Of a stretch of 64,000 bases of DNA, positions 59,965-64,000 are shown one piece after another. Numbering within the stretch: the stretch's first letter is position 1; each line of letters starts with the position of its first letter. A model generated the notes under the pieces. The model was not told the DNA's origin. It worked only from the letters and a program-made list of their open reading frames with translations, and searched no databases. Origin of the DNA: Candidatus Nanopelagicales bacterium (lineage in GTDB: Bacteria > Actinomycetota > Actinomycetes > Nanopelagicales > Nanopelagicaceae); assembly GCA_041311505.1 (NCBI GenBank), contig JBFYJI010000003.1, positions 1,710-65,709 of the forward strand, given 5' to 3'. The translations under genes and the position numbers were made by a program.

Positions 59965-60689
59965 TAGATCACCGGAACAAACCCTGAAATCGCAGAACGT
60001 AGAGAGATCATGAGATCGCTCCATAACCCAATAAATTGAGCGAAGCCAATCAGCATCAGAGCAACGCCACCAATCTTGTTGATCAGGAGACCGCGCTTAA
60101 GGAAGAAGGTGCGAAGCGCCTTGCTCTTATCGAGGAAGAGGCCGGAGAGAATAAATGGAATTCCGAGTCCGAGGCTATAAGCGAAGGAGAGGATTGCACC
60201 GCGGGTTGCACTTGATTCGGTAAATGCAAGAGTCTGCACAGTTGCAAGTGCCGGCCCAATACATGGAGTCCAGCCAATGCCGAAGAGAAATCCGAGAATC
60301 GGAGCTCCCGCAATTCCACCCGTCGTAGAAATCTTTGGTGAGAGTGTCGGAGCAAATGGAAAGAGTCCAAAGAAGATAGCGCCCATGGCAATGGTGAAGA
60401 GCCCTAAGACTTTAGTGATGATCTCTTCATGAGTGGCGATCTGACTTCCGAGTCCACCGAATGCGAGTCCGTATGAGATGAAAACCGCGGTAAATCCAAA
60501 GACAAAGAGAGTGGAACCAAGAAGGACGCGACCGCGAGTTGAAGCAAAACCTGTTGCGTAAGCGACATAACCAGGCACCAATGGAAGAACGCATGGTGAG
60601 ATAAATGAAAGGAGACCTGCAAAGAGTGCAATAGGGAGGGCAGCGAGCAGAGTTCCACCAGCGAGTTGATCGACGATAAATGAACTCAC
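59964..60689 (-). CDS. ccdA: Cytochrome c biogenesis protein CcdA
   Basis: SPCVLPLVP and GWTPCIGP motifs. Confidence 0.94.
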   Translation of the reverse strand: MSSFIVDQLAGGTLLAALPIALFAGLLSFISPCVLPLVPGYVAYATGFASTRGRVLLGSTLFVFGFTAVFISYGLAFGGLGSQIATHEEIITKVLGLFTIAMGAIFFGLFPFAPTLSPKISTTGGIAGAPILGFLFGIGWTPCIGPALATVQTLAFTESSATRGAILSFAYSLGLGIPFILSGLFLDKSKALRTFFLKRGLLINKIGGVALMLIGFAQFIGLWSDLMISLRSAISGFVPVI

Positions 60690-61222
60690 TCTGACTTCAC
60701 CTTCTCAAGGAGTTCAGTAAGAGAGGCGATCGTGACGATGCCCGATATGCGACCTGCTACTTTTCCATCGGCATCTAGTACAAGTGTTGTGGGAATCGCA
60801 TTTGCAGGTAGCGATTTACTAAAGCCAATAAGTAGCGAATCATCGATAAGAGTCGGGTATGGACTCTTGGCTTTACGGACAAAAGCCTCTGCATTTACTG
60901 GATTATCTCGTGTCAGGATTCCTAAGAAATTCACATCGGGATATTTGCCGGCCATCGCTGCAAGAGTTGGCTCTTCTGCTCGGCAAGGAGAGCACCATGA
61001 TGCCCATACATTGACAACTGCAATCTGATTACGCGGTAGCTCGTACTTACTTCCCAACAGTGTTGTGCCTGCGAGAGCTGGTGCTTCAACTCGATCACTT
61101 GGCTGGATATAAGAGGTTGCACCATTTCCGGCAACAAAACTTTCTTCAACGGTTTGTGAAGTAGAACTTCCGCAAGAAGCGAGAAGAAGGAGAGCTGCAC
61201 AGGCAATCACGATCTTCTTCAT
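60686..61222 (-). CDS. TlpA/ResA thiol-disulfide oxidoreductase lipoprotein
   Basis: LASC lipobox; WASWCSPCRAE. Confidence 0.92.
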   Translation of the reverse strand: MKKIVIACAALLLLASCGSSTSQTVEESFVAGNGATSYIQPSDRVEAPALAGTTLLGSKYELPRNQIAVVNVWASWCSPCRAEEPTLAAMAGKYPDVNFLGILTRDNPVNAEAFVRKAKSPYPTLIDDSLLIGFSKSLPANAIPTTLVLDADGKVAGRISGIVTIASLTELLEKVKSE

Positions 61223-61237
61223 AGAAATTTACTCTTC

Positions 61238-61858
61238 TTACTTCTTTGGAAGTAAATGCCCGGCAGGTTCGGAATATGAAGTTCCGACAATCTGACCCTC
61301 ATCATCAAAATGAAGACTTGTTACAGATGCCAGAGTGCACTCGCGCTTACGTGGATCATGAATTAATCGACGTCCTTCAATTGCACTTCTCAATATCCAG
61401 ATTGGTAATTGATGTGAAACAACAATGGCATCTTTAGCCCCTGCTGCTTTCTTTGCATCAAAGACGGCAGCGAGCATTCGATTAATCTGCTCTTCATACG
61501 GCTCTCCCCATGAAGGCTTCCATGGGTTGTATAGGTATCTCCAAGCAGATGGATGACGGAGAACTCCATCGCCAATTCCAAATGGTTTTCCTTCAAAGAT
61601 ATTTGCAGCTTCGATCAATCGTTCATCGGTATGGATTCCGATTGAATGCGCTTTCGCTATTGGAGCAGCTGTTTCCTGTGCGCGCTGAAGAGGAGAAACA
61701 TGGAGGGCACCAAGGTTGACTGACTTCGACCACTCGCCGAGGGCTTGCGCCATCTCTTGTCCTCGTGCAGATAATCTCCAACCGGGTTGACGTCCATAGA
61801 GAATCTTCTGAGGATTCTCAACCTCTCCGTGGCGCACTACATGCACGATTGAACTCAT
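61238..61858 (-). CDS. Histidine phosphatase-family protein
   Basis: RHGE, SPLQRAQET and SHQLPI motifs. Confidence 0.92.
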   Translation of the reverse strand: MSSIVHVVRHGEVENPQKILYGRQPGWRLSARGQEMAQALGEWSKSVNLGALHVSPLQRAQETAAPIAKAHSIGIHTDERLIEAANIFEGKPFGIGDGVLRHPSAWRYLYNPWKPSWGEPYEEQINRMLAAVFDAKKAAGAKDAIVVSHQLPIWILRSAIEGRRLIHDPRKRECTLASVTSLHFDDEGQIVGTSYSEPAGHLLPKK

Positions 61859-61919
61859 GGAGTAAGCATAAAGCGTTGCCCGTAAAGCGATTACCCCAGT
61901 TAGTGGTTAAGGTAGTGAC

Positions 61920-62684
61920 ATGGCGCTCAGACCCACTCGTGCAGCCTTCTTTGATGTAGATAACACCCTTGTTCGTGGCTCGACCCTCTACTTCCTTGGT
62001 CGTGGCATGTACCAACGCGGCTACTTCACGAAGGCAGATATCTCTCGATTTGTGGTCGCCAATCTCCGTTTCAGAATGACGGGTATGGAGAAGAGCGAGG
62101 TAATCGAACGCTTCCAAAAAGCTGCAACAGATTTCGTAGGCGGCCACTCGGTGAGCGATATTCTCAAAATTGGCGAAGAGATCTATGACGAGTATGTATC
62201 TCCAAAGTTATGGGATCGTACGTGCGAGATTGCGCGCAATCACATCGAGCGCGGTGAAGAAGTCTGGTTAGTTACTGCAGCGCCACAAGATATGGCAAAC
62301 ATTATTTCTCAACGTCTTGGTTTAACTGGCGCCGTTGGTAGCAAAGTAATTATTAAAGACGGAATTTATACTGGTGCTCTCGATGGAAAGTTATTGCACG
62401 GTGTAGAGAAAGCGCGCGCTATCGAAGGGCTTGCTCGCGAACATGGCTACGATCTCAAAGAATGTTATTCATATTCAGATAGCCATAACGATCTTCCATT
62501 ACTGACTGCAGTAGGTCATCCATCTGCAATCAATCCAGATGCAATCTTGCGAATACGCGCTCTCGCAGAAGGTTGGCCAATCCATGACTTCCGCAGAGCG
62601 CGTCTGCTCAACCGCCTCCTTGGTCCAGCGGTGAGCCGACTCGCGGCACTCGCGGCACTTCTCGTTCCACGCAAGCGCAGATAG
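61920..62684 (+). CDS. HAD-IB family hydrolase (SerB1-like)
   Basis: AFFDVDNT and YSDSHND motifs. Confidence 0.92.
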   Translation: MALRPTRAAFFDVDNTLVRGSTLYFLGRGMYQRGYFTKADISRFVVANLRFRMTGMEKSEVIERFQKAATDFVGGHSVSDILKIGEEIYDEYVSPKLWDRTCEIARNHIERGEEVWLVTAAPQDMANIISQRLGLTGAVGSKVIIKDGIYTGALDGKLLHGVEKARAIEGLAREHGYDLKECYSYSDSHNDLPLLTAVGHPSAINPDAILRIRALAEGWPIHDFRRARLLNRLLGPAVSRLAALAALLVPRKRR

Positions 62685-62729
62685 TTCAATTAGCCTCGAT
62701 AGGCGATAGCCCGCTAATGTAGGCAGGTT

Positions 62730-64000
62730 ATGGAAATTCGCTCATACGCCGATTACCTGCGCTCTCTCGATGATGAAGCGCTGATGCGTCTATTCCACAA
62801 TCGTAACGACCTCATCTCTCCCCCACCTTCAGATATTGCAAGTCTTGCTATCCGCGCTGCAGCAATTCCCAGTCTTGTGCGCGCAGTCGATAGCCTCAAT
62901 AAATGGCAGCTGCAAGTTCTTGAAGCAGCCGCTGTTCTCTCTGAGCCATTTACAGAGAAAGAGTTGATTCTCCATACAGATAAAGCTGCAAAGTTCGCCA
63001 TCTCCTCACTCGTTGATCGCGCATTGATCTATACGGGAACAGATGGCTATCGACTTCCAAGCAATCTACGTGACGTTCTTGGAAATGAAATAGCGGGGCT
63101 TGGGCCTCGCTCTGAAAAGAAGTTAAATCTCAAGGAGTTAGCGAAGGCACCAGCAGCATCCCAAAAAGTTCTTGATGCGATGATTTGGGGACCTCCTCGC
63201 GGCGCTGTATCCGATGTAAAGAAACCTAATCCAGGTTTGAAGTGGTTGATGGATCAAGGATTTGTCTCACCTGTCAATCAACAGACAGTTACTTTGCATC
63301 GCGAAGTTGCGCTCTCTCTCCGCGGAAATAAGGTTCATCGAGAATTAAAGATCGAAGAGCCGAAGCTTGAAGGTCGAAGCGTTGAAAATCGCGCGCTGAC
63401 TGATACAGCGGTCTCCAATGTAACAACGTTCTTGCGATGGGTTGAAGAGGTCTTGGATTACTGGGGCGATGAGCCACCTGTTGCTCTGAAATCAGGTGGC
63501 GTAGGAGTTCGCGATCTCAAAGAGCTCACCGCTCATCTCGGAGTCGATAGCGCTGCAACATCATTTATTATCGAAGTTGCATATATCAGCGGTCTAGTAA
63601 CTATTGATCCCGATGATCGCATTCTTCCTACCCATCATTTTGATATCTGGATTACTCAACCTGCATCCGCGAAGTGGGAGCTCTTGGCTTCTTCATGGCT
63701 CATCACATCTCGAATGAGCGGTCTCGATGCAGCGCCTATGGGGCCAGAGCTCGATCGGAGTATCGCTGCAACGCTTCGCAAGAAGATATTGGCTCTGCTC
63801 AATGAAAATGCAGGACTCTCGCCTCAGAGAGACTCTTTTATCGAACTCATTAAGTGGCATCTGCCCTATCGTCGTACGGGCGGAGTCTCAACTGAATATA
63901 TCGATTGGATTCTTCGAGAAGCAGAATGGCTTGGCATCACCGCTCAGGGAGCGCTCTCTCCTTACGGCATAGCTCTTCTCGCAGGTGACGAACTTTCACG
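62730..64000 (+). CDS. XPB helicase-associated protein, Rv0862c-like (3' end runs off the window)
   Basis: MEIRSYADYLRSLDDEALMRLFHNRNDLISPPPSD...; LKSGGVGVRDL; EAEWLGI. Confidence 0.8.
   Translation, partial: MEIRSYADYLRSLDDEALMRLFHNRNDLISPPPSDIASLAIRAAAIPSLVRAVDSLNKWQLQVLEAAAVLSEPFTEKELILHTDKAAKFAISSLVDRALIYTGTDGYRLPSNLRDVLGNEIAGLGPRSEKKLNLKELAKAPAASQKVLDAMIWGPPRGAVSDVKKPNPGLKWLMDQGFVSPVNQQTVTLHREVALSLRGNKVHRELKIEEPKLEGRSVENRALTDTAVSNVTTFLRWVEEVLDYWGDEPPVALKSGGVGVRDLKELTAHLGVDSAATSFIIEVAYISGLVTIDPDDRILPTHHFDIWITQPASAKWELLASSWLITSRMSGLDAAPMGPELDRSIAATLRKKILALLNENAGLSPQRDSFIELIKWHLPYRRTGGVSTEYIDWILREAEWLGITAQGALSPYGIALLAGDELS

Noticed and set aside
1-64000. CRISPR array, prophage, IS element, integrase, rRNA or defence system
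   Set aside because: No spaced repeats or recognisable genes of these kinds were seen

Overview
Actinobacterial chromosome segment. The dense gene packing and gene content fit a streamlined freshwater acI lineage (Ca. Nanopelagicales/Planktophila-like); this taxonomy is inferred. Core flanks: nusG-secE-tRNA-Trp, aminotransferase, murB, hadAB-rpmG-tRNA-Met-tRNA-Thr on the left; tRNA-Tyr-yajQ, rarD, polyprenyl synthase, nuoA-N, menaquinone genes, cytochrome c maturation system II and an XPB-associated protein on the right. About 26 kb of accessory genes (5529-31613) lie between tRNA-Thr and tRNA-Tyr, with no integrase. The main finding is a candidate one-organism sulfoquinovose (SQ) mineralisation system: ABC importer, GH188-like sulfoquinovosidase, fucose-isomerase-type isomerase, YihV-like kinase, YihT-like aldolase, SlcC/ComC sulfolactate racemase pair, SuyAB sulfo-lyase and SuyZ/YeiH exporter. 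Five TGGTCnnACC(A/T) FadR-type boxes link these units and also reach a second ABC transporter. Nearby is a CstR-like SQR/rhodanese/CoA-persulfide reductase operon with three small proteins, two of them absent from the ORF track. Family assignments come from recognising motifs by eye; no database searches were run.
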